Made by a program: the position numbers and the translations under genes. Under the pieces are notes generated by a model. The model was given only the letters and a program-made list of their open reading frames with translations, did no database searches and had not been told where the DNA came from. Shown here piece after piece: positions 19,363 through 29,332 of a stretch of 64,000 nucleotides of DNA (within the stretch, counting starts at the first letter, position 1; the number at the start of each line of letters is the position of its first letter). The DNA is taken from positions 1,175 through 65,174 of the forward strand of contig CAINGB010000001.1 of assembly GCA_903848275.1 (NCBI GenBank), given 5' to 3'. The DNA is from Candidatus Uhrbacteria bacterium. GTDB lineage: Bacteria; Patescibacteriota; Patescibacteriia; UBA9934.

Positions 19363-20340
19363 TTAAATCAGGTTAATTGACTGCGCTAAGTGGTACTGGC
19401 CGATGGCCCTGGCAACGTTATGACTGCGTCGATCCGGATATTTCTCGGCATTAAAGCCGAAGTAATTATCGCGCACCACATCAATCAAGAACCGGCTAGT
19501 CAACTCAAACGCAATCAACTTAGTAGCCCGAAGGTACAGGTTTTGCTCACTATCAGTCAACTCCCTACCCAATCCTTCAGCATAACCAGCCAAAGCTGCC
19601 TGACACAGCGCCTGATCTATGACCGCTTCAGCGTCATCTTCACTCGTCTTATTGCACCAGGAACGCAGCGCATCACCCAAATCAATCGCTGGGAAGTGCC
19701 ATAAAATAGTATCGAAATCAATCACGCCGACTGCCTTCCCTAATTCGTCAAACAACAAATTTGAAATCTTCAAGTCACCATGAATAACCTGTTTCATCTG
19801 CACAGATTCGTTGAGCAACAACTTCGGTACCTGATCAATAATATCTTGCGCCATCACCATTAACTCACTCGGCAACTCAGCACTCACCGCTGTCAGCTCG
19901 TTAACGATGTACTCCGTCTCATGAAAATGCGGAATACTCCCGGTCGGCCTGTAATCCAGCTTAGCCAGCAAGCCATGCATCTCTCCCACCATCCTGCCCG
20001 CCTCCCGCGCCATCTTTTCGTTATCAATAGCATCCACAACCACACCATCAATCCACGGATACACTCGCCACCTATCACCTTCACTATCCGTCGCGAACGG
20101 CTGACCATCATTCGTCAAAAGCAATTTTGGTACTCGTAACCCATGCTCAGCCAAATAACTCGTCACTACCAGCATATCCGACGCCGCTGCGTCAGGAATT
20201 ATCTGGTGAATCTTCTGCAATACAAAAACCCCTCCCAAGGCTGTCACTTTGTACGTGGTATTTATCAACCCATTCCCTACCGGCTCAAGTGTAGTCACCG
20301 CACCTAATTGCCAGTTATTGACCACGTCATTTGGCTGCAT
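19363..20340 (-). CDS. Aminoglycoside-phosphotransferase-like kinase
   Basis: GNGLINTTY, IHGDLKISN, IDFDT. Confidence 0.88.
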   Translation of the reverse strand: MQPNDVVNNWQLGAVTTLEPVGNGLINTTYKVTALGGVFVLQKIHQIIPDAAASDMLVVTSYLAEHGLRVPKLLLTNDGQPFATDSEGDRWRVYPWIDGVVVDAIDNEKMAREAGRMVGEMHGLLAKLDYRPTGSIPHFHETEYIVNELTAVSAELPSELMVMAQDIIDQVPKLLLNESVQMKQVIHGDLKISNLLFDELGKAVGVIDFDTILWHFPAIDLGDALRSWCNKTSEDDAEAVIDQALCQAALAGYAEGLGRELTDSEQNLYLRATKLIAFELTSRFLIDVVRDNYFGFNAEKYPDRRSHNVARAIGQYHLAQSINLI

Positions 20341-20443
20341 AAAAATTTATTACTTTCTGTATCTGTTTTATCACGCGCCGAACTTTGCTGCAACAAACAA
20401 AAAAGCCCGGAATTAAACCGGACTTTTCTGAGTCAATTGCAGT

Positions 20444-20731
20444 TTACAGAAGAGCCTCCTTACAAGCCTTACCTACGCCGAACTTGAGGACGGTCTTAGC
20501 TGGAATCTGGATAGTTGCACCAGTGGCTGGGTTGCGGCCCATACGAGCTGCGCGTGCCTTCTTAGCCAACTTACCGAGACCTGGGAGAACAACTTCACCA
20601 GCGCGCTTTACTTCGCTGTACAAGAGAGCCAACATACCATCCCACATTTCGCCAGTCTGCTTCTTGCTCACGCCCCACTTCTCAGACAATTCAGCAACGA
20701 GCTGTGACTTGGTCAAACGTTTTGCGGCCAT
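20444..20731 (-). CDS. hup: HU DNA-binding protein
   Basis: ARMGRNPATGATIQIPAK. Confidence 0.93.
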   Translation of the reverse strand: MAAKRLTKSQLVAELSEKWGVSKKQTGEMWDGMLALLYSEVKRAGEVVLPGLGKLAKKARAARMGRNPATGATIQIPAKTVLKFGVGKACKEALL

Positions 20732-20810
20732 AAAAAAATTTATGATTTGTTAATTACGCCGTAAATCTTAACATATTCAGCGAATTGAGGAAATAGTTAT
20801 GCACAGCCCG

Positions 20811-20860
20811 GTGCCAGGTGTGTGCTAGGTACTGGGTAGCACCTAGCACACACCTGGCAC
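20811..20860. repeat. Perfect inverted repeat, 20-bp arms with 10-nt loop
   Basis: GTGCCAGGTGTGTGCTAGGT-ACTGGGTAGC-ACCTAGCACACACCTGGCAC. Confidence 0.88.
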
Positions 20861-20922
20861 TGTCTCATTTAATTATAACAAAAAAGAGGCTAACTACAGC
20901 CTCTCTCTTGCAACAACTGTCA

Positions 20923-22158
20923 TTACTTGGTCGTCTTCGCTGGTTCAGTTAACGTCACTGTAATCTCTTTTTCTTCACCATCATGCAGCACTTTTAATTT
21001 CACTTCCTCACCAGCCGATCTGTCCTGCAACAAATTATTAAGCGGCTTTTCAGTTGTGACATCAACTCCGTCAACACTCAAAATAATGTCGTTCTCAACT
21101 AATCCCGCCTTGTCCGCTGGCGAGCCTGGCACCACCGCCAACTCTCCGTTACTACCGCGCAGCAACAACGCTCCATGGTCAACCGTCAGATTGTTGGCGT
21201 CTATCAGTTGTTGATCAATCGTCACAAAACGTACTCCCAAGAACGGCCGTACAATGTGGCCATACTTTTTCATATCATCAATCGACTTGCTGACCTCGTT
21301 AGCCGGCAAAGCAAACGCAATGTTCGATCCGCCATTACTAGCCGCCACATTGACGCCAATCACAAAGCCTTGCAAGTCGAGTAATGGTCCGCCAGAATTA
21401 CCAGAATTAATTGCCGCATCCGTCTGAATCACGTCCTGCAGTAATTCCGATTGACCTTGGCCACTCGAAGCTGTCACCGAGCGCGACAAGCCAGACACCA
21501 CACCGACCGACACTGTGTTGCGGAACTGACCAAGTGCGTTACCAATCGCAATCACTGACTGACCCTGTTTCAGCTGATCAGAATCACCAAACTGCAAGTA
21601 AGCCAAGTCCCTGCCGCCATTGTCTATTTTAAGCAAAGCAATATCGTAAACATCACCAAGCGCCACCACAGTCGCGTCGTGCTTACTGCCATCATTCAAG
21701 AAGACGGTATAGGAAGCCTCTTTATCTGCCACCACATGTTGGTTAGTGACAACATAACCATCAGCCGAGATTATGAAGCCCGAACCACTACTCACCTCTT
21801 GCGATTTTGTACCATTCTGCCGGTATTGTGGAATGACGAAACCAAACCCCACGCTCTGATTATACTGCTCCATGTTCGGCACATCTTTAGTGGCGACAAT
21901 CGACACCACTGCTGGATTAACCCTAGCCACTGCGTCGACCACGCTTACTCCGTCTGTACCACCACTAACGGATACCCCGTCAGCTACTACCTGACTCGTC
22001 GTACCTGCCCCAAACCAATTAGCCAACTTGCCGCTCTTATGAGCCGCTGTCAAACCTACACCCGCCAAAATGAAGACTACACACATCGCGACAATTGAAC
22101 CCATCAAGCCGAACACGAAAGCTTCTTTTTTACGCTTAATATCTTGTTCATCGAGCAT
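20923..22158 (-). CDS. HtrA/DegP-like serine protease with PDZ domain
   Basis: GSGFII, TNQHVV, DIALL, GNSGGPL, PDZ domain; N-terminal TM. Confidence 0.93.
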   Translation of the reverse strand: MLDEQDIKRKKEAFVFGLMGSIVAMCVVFILAGVGLTAAHKSGKLANWFGAGTTSQVVADGVSVSGGTDGVSVVDAVARVNPAVVSIVATKDVPNMEQYNQSVGFGFVIPQYRQNGTKSQEVSSGSGFIISADGYVVTNQHVVADKEASYTVFLNDGSKHDATVVALGDVYDIALLKIDNGGRDLAYLQFGDSDQLKQGQSVIAIGNALGQFRNTVSVGVVSGLSRSVTASSGQGQSELLQDVIQTDAAINSGNSGGPLLDLQGFVIGVNVAASNGGSNIAFALPANEVSKSIDDMKKYGHIVRPFLGVRFVTIDQQLIDANNLTVDHGALLLRGSNGELAVVPGSPADKAGLVENDIILSVDGVDVTTEKPLNNLLQDRSAGEEVKLKVLHDGEEKEITVTLTEPAKTTK

Positions 22159-22202
22159 ACAAATTTCTATTAATAACAATAGAAATTGTAGCACGGCCTT
22201 TT

Positions 22203-22757
22203 TTACTTCGCATCTTCTACCTTCACTACCTCTTCATTGTTACCATAGCGAGAGCGGATTTTCGCCAAATTTAAACGCACAATATCCGCCAAAGAAACAT
22301 GCAGTTCAGTCGCCAACTGCGCCATGTACCACAACACATCGCCTAATTCATCCGCAATCATCCTACGGTGCTCAGCATCAATCTCGCCCTCATGTTTGCG
22401 CCACATTTTTTTAACGACGTTGGCTACTTCGCCAGCCTCTCCCGCCAAACCTAAAGTCGGGTAAATCGGATTATTCCCATGATTCGGGTAAATCGCCGTT
22501 TTCCGGCTTTCCCGTTGATAGCCCTCCCAGTCAACGTCGATCGCTTCACTCACCAACTGAAATCGCGGCGTAATCTCCCCCTCAAGCACTAACTGCTCTG
22601 TAAACATAGTGAGCGGTCGTACCCACACCCCAGCCTCGCCGTACAACGCCCGGTACACCACCAGTTCTTCTCTACTCTCACTATGCAGCGCGACAGCCAT
22701 CACCCGATAGTGATTGCCTTTGTAATGCTTATAAGTTGCTCCGATGATTACTGACAT
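22203..22757 (-). CDS. DUF1653 domain fused to a MazG-like NTP pyrophosphohydrolase
   Basis: YKHYKGNHYRV...VVYRALYG...WVRP, then LGLAGEAGEVAN...DELGDVLWY. Confidence 0.85.
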   Translation of the reverse strand: MSVIIGATYKHYKGNHYRVMAVALHSESREELVVYRALYGEAGVWVRPLTMFTEQLVLEGEITPRFQLVSEAIDVDWEGYQRESRKTAIYPNHGNNPIYPTLGLAGEAGEVANVVKKMWRKHEGEIDAEHRRMIADELGDVLWYMAQLATELHVSLADIVRLNLAKIRSRYGNNEEVVKVEDAK

Positions 22758-22841
22758 ATTTTTTACTAAAGGCTGGGTAGTGACGTAGCTGGGTAGCGGG
22801 GTAGATTAAACTATTTAGCAGCCTGAGCCTTGTAGGAGAGA

Positions 22842-23014
22842 GCAACTGGCAGGGTGGTCCTCTGACGACGCCAAGACCGGCCCGTGTCTATCGCTCCGAT
22901 CAATCACGAGGCTCGGCAAGATAGCGAGAGACCGGTCGCCATTCCTCCACCAACTCAGTTAAGAAATGTGGCGGTCGCGTCTGCAGCTAGGAAGAGGACT
23001 ACTCTGCCGGTTGC
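22842..23014 (+). ncRNA. Candidate structured RNA or folded element, about 173 nt
   Basis: 22-bp closing stem whose three non-WC pairs are all G-U on the + strand; internal stems GACCGG/CCGGTC, CTATC/GATAG, CCGA/TCGG. Confidence 0.5.
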
Positions 23015-23026
23015 GAGCAACGAACA

Positions 23027-24025
23027 CTAGACCAAATACTTCCCATCCTTAAACACCACCTCGGCATCAATCGTCACCTGCGTCACATCGACGAAGACGT
23101 CAACATGGTAACGGCTTGAGCGCTTCGGGAAACCAGGCTTAGCGTAAATAGTATGCTTCTGCCCGAGCGACAAGTGGATGCCACACATCCGTTCGTAGCT
23201 GCCAATATCCGTCAAACGAATATCGCGTGTCATGGCCCGGTTCATCCCAAAACCAAGTTCACGCACCCACAGTTGTTCGTCCATTTTAATCTGGTCAAGA
23301 ATGTCGACAAACTCTGGTGGTGCATCTGGTGCGTCGACGATAATCCCTTCTTTGATGACCACCAACACCGGCTGTTCAGGCGAAATAACTCTAAACTTAT
23401 TGTCACCAAACGCAAACAGCTTGACCGTGCCGTTCACGCCGCTCATATTCGTCGGCTCCGTGAACACCTCACCGATCGGAAACTGACCGCCAGTATTCTT
23501 CATCCCCGTGTAATCGCCAATATTCAGTTTAGCATCCTCCATCGGCGTGTCATACACCAACTCAGCCCCATTACAGCTCACCACAATGCGTTGCGCCTTA
23601 TCGATCTGCGCCTTAATCGCTGGCCCCACTGTGCGGTAATATTCTTTATCGTATTCCAACGCCTTAATATACGTCGGCCATTCCACCTCTGGAATGCGTC
23701 CCAAATGCGGATGCTCAATCACTTTCAAGCTACGATTAAACAACTCTAAACGGAACCTAAACTCATTCAATCTAAAACTAGTCGATTGCACCATCACCAC
23801 TAAATCCTTCGGCGCCAACAAATCAATCGCCGCTTTAATCTCATCTGGCGTCTGCTTATTGAAGTCGACCAAAATCGCCTCCGGCAAAACCGCCTTATAC
23901 GCCTCGGTCAGCATAGTCGTCAGCCCACAATCCTCATCAAACACAATCATCGCCTTATTCTCAGGCGTATATTCCAACGCCTCGAACACGACTCCGTGAA
24001 TAATCTCATTTAACGAAAGCTCCAT
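23027..24025 (-). CDS. Metallo-aminopeptidase (M29/aminopeptidase T-like)
   Basis: PIGEVF, ELGFGMN, ERMCGIHLSLG, HVDV. Confidence 0.75.
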   Translation of the reverse strand: MELSLNEIIHGVVFEALEYTPENKAMIVFDEDCGLTTMLTEAYKAVLPEAILVDFNKQTPDEIKAAIDLLAPKDLVVMVQSTSFRLNEFRFRLELFNRSLKVIEHPHLGRIPEVEWPTYIKALEYDKEYYRTVGPAIKAQIDKAQRIVVSCNGAELVYDTPMEDAKLNIGDYTGMKNTGGQFPIGEVFTEPTNMSGVNGTVKLFAFGDNKFRVISPEQPVLVVIKEGIIVDAPDAPPEFVDILDQIKMDEQLWVRELGFGMNRAMTRDIRLTDIGSYERMCGIHLSLGQKHTIYAKPGFPKRSSRYHVDVFVDVTQVTIDAEVVFKDGKYLV

Positions 24026-24069
24026 AGTGTAGTTAGCCTACACCATGGAGCTATTTTCTGGAAGTCTAG

Positions 24070-25134
24070 CTACTCAATGTTAACTGGTATTTCAACTGAC
24101 TTACTCTTAGCTGGATCACCTGATGGATTATCATTACTCAAAACGAGCGTCCCGCAAGAAGTCGTTGGTACGGCCGTGTAAGTCAACGTAGCCGTAAACG
24201 GCACGAAGTCCGTCGTCATCCAGTCACCCGTAGCATGCGCTTGGCCAGTTGCTACCGTATTACCATCAGCATCAAGCAAGCTAACTGGGAACACAGCTTC
24301 GGAATACCAAGTACCACGAGCCACACCACTAATCGCCACCGGACTCGTCAACGTCTCATTATCAATCGGTGAGGCCACACGAATCAAATCACTATACTGA
24401 CCACTGCCAGTCATCATGCCAGACATTGTAGTACAGCCAAGAGTTGAAGTATCAGTTGTTGTATCTGGCCAATCCATCATTCTTGTTCCGAAATCATCAG
24501 CTCCGCTCGTCGACAAATCAGCAGTTCGGATGCTCGTACCAACAATACCAAAGAATGAGAACATGACGATCATGCCGATTATCCACACCAAGTTCAAACA
24601 GAAAATCACCAAGCCGATCGTATCCCACACCTTCTGCACGCGTTTAAATTCGTCGACGCTGACCCACTGACGCTCGCGCCAGGCCCATTCTTTACCTTTA
24701 GCACCAAGCACGAACATCATGATAAAGCCGACCATTGGCACAAAGCACAACAGTGACAACCAGACGCTATTGCCAATACCCCAAATCCAGGTCAGCATAA
24801 AACCACCCCAGCTCCAGCCCTTAATCTCCGCTGGCACGGTCGACGCTTCACCTTTACCTGAGCGCTTATCGAATGCTCCAGTAATTGGTGTTGGTTGCGC
24901 CAACAAGTAAATACCCACCGGGATACCTACAAACATACCCAGGATGCAGAGTATCCCGCCTAAACCCATCAAAAGACGCATGATATTGCCCAACATAAAA
25001 GCTCCATCTGAGCCGGTACCACCACCTGATTGCGCAATGATAAAGCTCGCCATGGCGTACATAGCCATAAGTACCACTAGAATTATCGGCGGTAATACAA
25101 TGCATAATACCCCCATCAGTTTGTTATTCTTCAT
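24070..25134 (-). CDS. Membrane protein with C-terminal Ig-like (Gmad2-type) domain
   Basis: WSWGGF..TWIWGIGN TM module; ARGTWYSEAVFPV...WMTTDFVPF...DNPSG. Confidence 0.75.
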   Translation of the reverse strand: MKNNKLMGVLCIVLPPIILVVLMAMYAMASFIIAQSGGGTGSDGAFMLGNIMRLLMGLGGILCILGMFVGIPVGIYLLAQPTPITGAFDKRSGKGEASTVPAEIKGWSWGGFMLTWIWGIGNSVWLSLLCFVPMVGFIMMFVLGAKGKEWAWRERQWVSVDEFKRVQKVWDTIGLVIFCLNLVWIIGMIVMFSFFGIVGTSIRTADLSTSGADDFGTRMMDWPDTTTDTSTLGCTTMSGMMTGSGQYSDLIRVASPIDNETLTSPVAISGVARGTWYSEAVFPVSLLDADGNTVATGQAHATGDWMTTDFVPFTATLTYTAVPTTSCGTLVLSNDNPSGDPAKSKSVEIPVNIE

Positions 25135-25143
25135 AGAAAAAAG

Positions 25144-25401
25144 CTAATTATTAGCCCAAGTATAGCACAGCTTAATCTTCTCCGCCCTCGTCATCTTCTT
25201 CAGCGCATTCTCCCGCAAATGCGCCGCACTCTCGGACTCCTGCGCCTCGACGAAAACTAATTTAAGCGGCCCTCGCCCCCTAGTATACTTCGCCCCTTTC
25301 CCTAACCTGTGTTTCTCTACTCTGGCCTGCACATCGGTGGCAATCCCGGTGTATAGCGTCCCGTCACCGCACTGCAGAATGTAGACAAACCAGTCGGACA
25401 T
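25144..25401 (-). CDS. GIY-YIG nuclease (YazA/UPF0213-like)
   Basis: WFVYILQCGDGTLYTG, RVEKH, GAKYTRGR. Confidence 0.9.
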   Translation of the reverse strand: MSDWFVYILQCGDGTLYTGIATDVQARVEKHRLGKGAKYTRGRGPLKLVFVEAQESESAAHLRENALKKMTRAEKIKLCYTWANN

Positions 25402-25453
25402 AAAAATAGTTGGTAGTTAGTAGTCGGTAGTTGGTAGCTTAAAAATTTTATTG

Positions 25454-25605
25454 AGCCCAAAAGACCAAGTAGCGAGGGGCAGGCCTAACATCCTTTAGTC
25501 GGGTGACGCGAGCCAGGTCCCCTGCTGGGCGCGGAACGCCTAGTGAGCACCCAGGAGGGTGGCCAAGCGGCAGGACCCGACGAACCTTCGCACCCCAAGC
25601 CTTGG
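25454..25605 (+). repeat. Structured hairpin element, copy C (long 152-bp form)
   Basis: Near-identical to 29164-29315. Confidence 0.92.
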
Positions 25606-25649
25606 CCTAGATTGTTTCGCTAACGCTCGCAAAAACAAATCAAATAGAG

Positions 25650-26192
25650 TTAAATCCGCAACTTCCGCAGCTCTCCCCGCAACTTCTTCGCTTCCGGCAA
25701 CATCTCCAGCATCCTCCGCCAAAAAGCCGGCCCGTGGTTATGCTCAGCAATATGGCACAACTCATGCACGACCAAATAATCCTGCAACTCCGGTGGCAAC
25801 ATGACAACCCTGTAATTAAACGACAAATTTCCTACTCTATTACAACTTCCCCATCTGCTCTGCTGATTGCGAATGCTCAGCTTCCCAATCGTAAAGCCGT
25901 AATGCAGATTAAAATATTGCAGCCGAGCCTCAACCAACCTTAGCGCCGCCTGCTTATTCTTCTTGTACTCAACCGTCGTCCCCTCGCCAATCCTCTTAGC
26001 TGACGTCAATTTCATCTTCATTCTCACCTCCTCAATCCAAGCCATTTTACTCTTCACTAACCCCGCAATCATCCGCAAGCTCACCCTCAATGGCGCCGAA
26101 ACCCTCACCTCGCCCGACCCATCAATCCGTATTCGCACACTCCGCGACCGCCGGTAGCGCTTAATTTTAAAACCGACTTCATCGCTAACCAT
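25650..26192 (-). CDS. YgjP/DUF45 zinc metalloprotease
   Basis: SRWGSC, YLVVHELCH, NHGPAFW. Confidence 0.9.
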   Translation of the reverse strand: MVSDEVGFKIKRYRRSRSVRIRIDGSGEVRVSAPLRVSLRMIAGLVKSKMAWIEEVRMKMKLTSAKRIGEGTTVEYKKNKQAALRLVEARLQYFNLHYGFTIGKLSIRNQQSRWGSCNRVGNLSFNYRVVMLPPELQDYLVVHELCHIAEHNHGPAFWRRMLEMLPEAKKLRGELRKLRI

Positions 26193-26271
26193 AAAGAAAA
26201 TATAATAACTTGTATTTTATTGGGAAAAAGATGATACAATAGTCTCAGAATTTATCATTAGCTACAATCCT

Positions 26272-26631
26272 ATGGCCTTCTTCGACACTCTCCGCGAACA
26301 AGCTGGCAGATTCTTCAAAGCTCCCAAAAAAGAAGGTCGTGGTGGTATCGACATTCCACGTCCTGATGTTACACCAGAAGAGTACGAGAAAGAAGTTCTA
26401 GGCACTCAACCACAAGGCCTCGATGATCTCAAGAAAGCTGCAGAAGAAAGACAATTTGATGCCGCCCTAGCCGCAGATTATAGCGGTGACCATGCTCGCG
26501 CCGACGCCATTCGTAAAGAAATGAAAGCAGACGTTATCAATCAAGAGCCAATTCCTATGGAATCAGCTGACGAAGAAATTAGCGATGATGACGATATTAC
26601 CGAAGAGATGGAACAACATAAAGTCGCCTAA
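26272..26631 (+). CDS. Hypothetical acidic protein
   Basis: 119-aa ORF with upstream TACAAT -10-like sequence. Confidence 0.65.
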   Translation: MAFFDTLREQAGRFFKAPKKEGRGGIDIPRPDVTPEEYEKEVLGTQPQGLDDLKKAAEERQFDAALAADYSGDHARADAIRKEMKADVINQEPIPMESADEEISDDDDITEEMEQHKVA

Positions 26632-27905
26632 AACTGTTCCGAGAACAAAGCCGCAAAGGCTTCACGAAACCGCCACCACAGACTCCGCTTACGCCACTCG
26701 CGTAGGCGGATTTCTTTAGCCTGTTTACTATCGCGAGCAAAGGCCGACGTCAGCTCACTCACCAAATTCTCGTCGAGCACCGCTAACACATTCTCCTCAT
26801 TCAATTCCTTACTACGGATGTCTATATTGGCACTGCCCACAATCGCCCAAGCTTCGTCGACCACAATAAACTTGCTGTGCAACATAGTCTTCTGGTACTC
26901 AAAAATCCGCACGCCAGCTGCTAACAACTCCTCATAATAATAACGCCCGGCCCACAAGACCGGCGGCACATCTATCAACTCATTCGGCACCATCACCCGC
27001 ACGTCGACACCAGCCATCGCTCGTGCCTTCAAAACTGCCAGAATGTGATGATCTGGTACAAAGTACGGATTCTCAAGCAGTATCTGCCGTTGCGCTCCCA
27101 TGAACGACATCCAGAGTAGCGAGCGCATGGGGTGCACCACATCACTCGGCGAAGACGCAATACTAACGAACGGTACCGTACCGCGTGACTTCACTACCGG
27201 AAAATATTTCTTGCCAACCAAAATCTCACCGGTCGACCCAGACCACATTTGCACAAAAGCCGCCTGCAAACGCAGCGCCATCGTGCCAGTCACCTCAAAC
27301 ATATTATCCCGCCAATGCTTAGGGTCCTGCGCATGCCCTAACCACTCGTCGCTCACCGACATCCCGCCAGTAAAAGCAATCTTACCGTCAATCACAATCG
27401 ACCGCCGGTGATTACGTCGCAAGTAACGACTGAACTTACCAAATTCAAACCTACTAAACCAAGCCACTACGCCGCCTGCCGCCTGCAACACTCTAAACTT
27501 ATCTTCCGGCGCGTAAAAACCACCCAAACTATCCAAAAAAACACGCACCTCCACCCCCTCCCGTGCCTTCTCAATTAACAAGCTGAGAAGCACGTCTGAT
27601 AATCTACCATCCGCCCAAATAAACGTCATTAAGTGAATATGGTGCTTGGCCGCCTTCATGGCCGCAAACATGGCCGGAAAAATCTCATCACCATTAGTCA
27701 GCATCTCTACTCGATCGCCCTTGTCTATCGCCGCTCCAGTCAACGCCGACAAGGCCGCCATAAACTCGTCAGAGCCTGTCACGATCGGCGTCCCAGTAAT
27801 GGCGTTCGGTCGCTTGCCAACGGAACTAAAAAGCGTGACCAGCGTATAAGCCAGCACACACAGTAAAATAATGATAATAACTATGAGCCACCAAAGTGTA
27901 ATCAT
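26628..27905 (-). CDS. cls: Cardiolipin synthase (PLD family)
   Basis: NHRRSIVIDG (variant HKD) and LHSKFIVVD motifs, WRD, GSANID. Confidence 0.85.
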   Translation of the reverse strand: MITLWWLIVIIIILLCVLAYTLVTLFSSVGKRPNAITGTPIVTGSDEFMAALSALTGAAIDKGDRVEMLTNGDEIFPAMFAAMKAAKHHIHLMTFIWADGRLSDVLLSLLIEKAREGVEVRVFLDSLGGFYAPEDKFRVLQAAGGVVAWFSRFEFGKFSRYLRRNHRRSIVIDGKIAFTGGMSVSDEWLGHAQDPKHWRDNMFEVTGTMALRLQAAFVQMWSGSTGEILVGKKYFPVVKSRGTVPFVSIASSPSDVVHPMRSLLWMSFMGAQRQILLENPYFVPDHHILAVLKARAMAGVDVRVMVPNELIDVPPVLWAGRYYYEELLAAGVRIFEYQKTMLHSKFIVVDEAWAIVGSANIDIRSKELNEENVLAVLDENLVSELTSAFARDSKQAKEIRLREWRKRSLWWRFREAFAALFSEQF

Positions 27906-27970
27906 ATCCCCCTATTCATCTGTAGTATAACACAAACAAAAAATCCCTCAGCCTAAGCTAAAGGATATTT

Positions 27971-28056
27971 TGGTGGGCCGGGAAGGGTTCGAACCTTCGA
28001 AGGCGTGAGCCAGGAGATTTACAGTCTCCCCCGTTTGACCGCTTCGGTACCGACCC
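27971..28056 (-). tRNA. tRNA-Tyr(GTA)
   Basis: Cloverleaf GGGTCGG...CT-GTA-AA, long variable arm, GTTCGAA, CCA end. Confidence 0.96.
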
Positions 28057-28133
28057 TGGAGCCGGGGGTCGGATTCGAACCGACGACCTGCTGTTTACAA
28101 AACAGCTGCTCTAACCAACTGAGCTACACCGGC
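28057..28133 (-). tRNA. tRNA-Thr(TGT)
   Basis: GCCGGTGTAGCTCAGTTGG...TT-TGT-AA...GTTCGAAT...CCA. Confidence 0.96.
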
Positions 28134-28177
28134 GTACTAGCGCGAGTAAGATAACAAATAATGCCATTTTAGGCAAC

Positions 28178-29131
28178 TTATTCATTCCTTAGCTTTTTTA
28201 ATGCCTTTTGGTAGTACCCAGCCAAATCCGTCGCATAGTTCGGATTCATCGTCCGCCAGTTCGCTCCGTTATACTGCGTGGCAAATTGCTCGGCATGTTC
28301 GTTGATTGGGAAGATCGACGTCGGCTCATCCAATTTTTCCGCCATAAATCCCACCAACAACTTAACCGCATTCTTCGGGCTATTCATCTGCCCCACTGTC
28401 TTGTTCAAATTATGCCGAGCTCGTTTACCTGCCCCTTTATCCAACACATGATAAGGCGAAATAGAAAATGTGTGATTAGTTGAGTCATACAAAGAAAACT
28501 GGTTCGAACCAATATGCTCGCCCGACTCCATCTTAGCAATCGCCAACATGCTAGCACTGAACTCATCCTCGCCTATTTTCTCAATGATCTTGCGAGCCGT
28601 TTCCCCATAACATTCATCCTTCTCTAATTCCTCGATTCCTTTCTTCGCTTCCGTTAAAAAATCCTCATCGCTAATTTGCAACTTCGAACGCTCAACCGGT
28701 ATCGGCAACCATTCCACATCATGCACCGACTGTTCGGCAATATTAAAACCGACGGTACGCCTCTGCTGCTTATCTAAATATCCGTACTCTGGCAACAAAC
28801 TCAAAGTATTTTGAATACTCTCTTTCGTATCACCAGGCTGCACCCGATAATAATCGAGTCCAATATCATGAAAAATCTCAATCCCCGGCATAATCATCTC
28901 CGTTCTCGCTGCTCGCTCTTCCGCTGTAAACTCCCCACCCAGCACCTCTAAATCAAACTCCGGGTTATCACGATACTTCATCTCCATCTGTTCACTCGTC
29001 CCTATGTCGACGCCGTGAGTCATCGTTTCCGACTGCGCCTGCCGAATCGTCTCCGCACCAAGTCCAGCCGTGCCAATCGCAAAAGCTGTCGTCAAACCAC
29101 GCAGATACTTATTTGGCCGTTCGTGCATCAT
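28178..29131 (-). CDS. Hypothetical exported protein with LysM-like segment
   Basis: YYRVQPGDT; AIAKMES and QYNG suggest a lysozyme-like fold (weak). Confidence 0.6.
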   Translation of the reverse strand: MMHERPNKYLRGLTTAFAIGTAGLGAETIRQAQSETMTHGVDIGTSEQMEMKYRDNPEFDLEVLGGEFTAEERAARTEMIMPGIEIFHDIGLDYYRVQPGDTKESIQNTLSLLPEYGYLDKQQRRTVGFNIAEQSVHDVEWLPIPVERSKLQISDEDFLTEAKKGIEELEKDECYGETARKIIEKIGEDEFSASMLAIAKMESGEHIGSNQFSLYDSTNHTFSISPYHVLDKGAGKRARHNLNKTVGQMNSPKNAVKLLVGFMAEKLDEPTSIFPINEHAEQFATQYNGANWRTMNPNYATDLAGYYQKALKKLRNE

Positions 29132-29163
29132 ATTTTATTAGAAGTAGTCTAACCATTTTTAGC

Positions 29164-29315
29164 AGCCCAAAAGGCCAAGTAGCGAGGGGCAGGCCTAACC
29201 TCTTGTAGTCGGGTGACGCGAGCCAGGTCCCCTGCTGGGCGCGGAACGCCTAGTGAGCACCCAGGAGGGTGGCCAAGCGGCAGGACCCGAAGAACTTTCG
29301 CACCCCAAGCCTTGG
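29164..29315 (+). repeat. Structured hairpin element, copy D (long form)
   Basis: Near-identical to 25454-25605. Confidence 0.92.
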
Positions 29316-29332
29316 TCGTAGAGCTAAAATAC

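Noticed and set aside
22855-23000. Hammerhead ribozyme (CTGACGA after a stem)
   Set aside because: No correctly placed GAAA, stem III and UH cleavage triplet
25540-25804. Short ORFs over hairpin copy C, and likewise 29149-29434 over copy D
   Set aside because: They are translations of the GC-rich repeat or antisense to real genes
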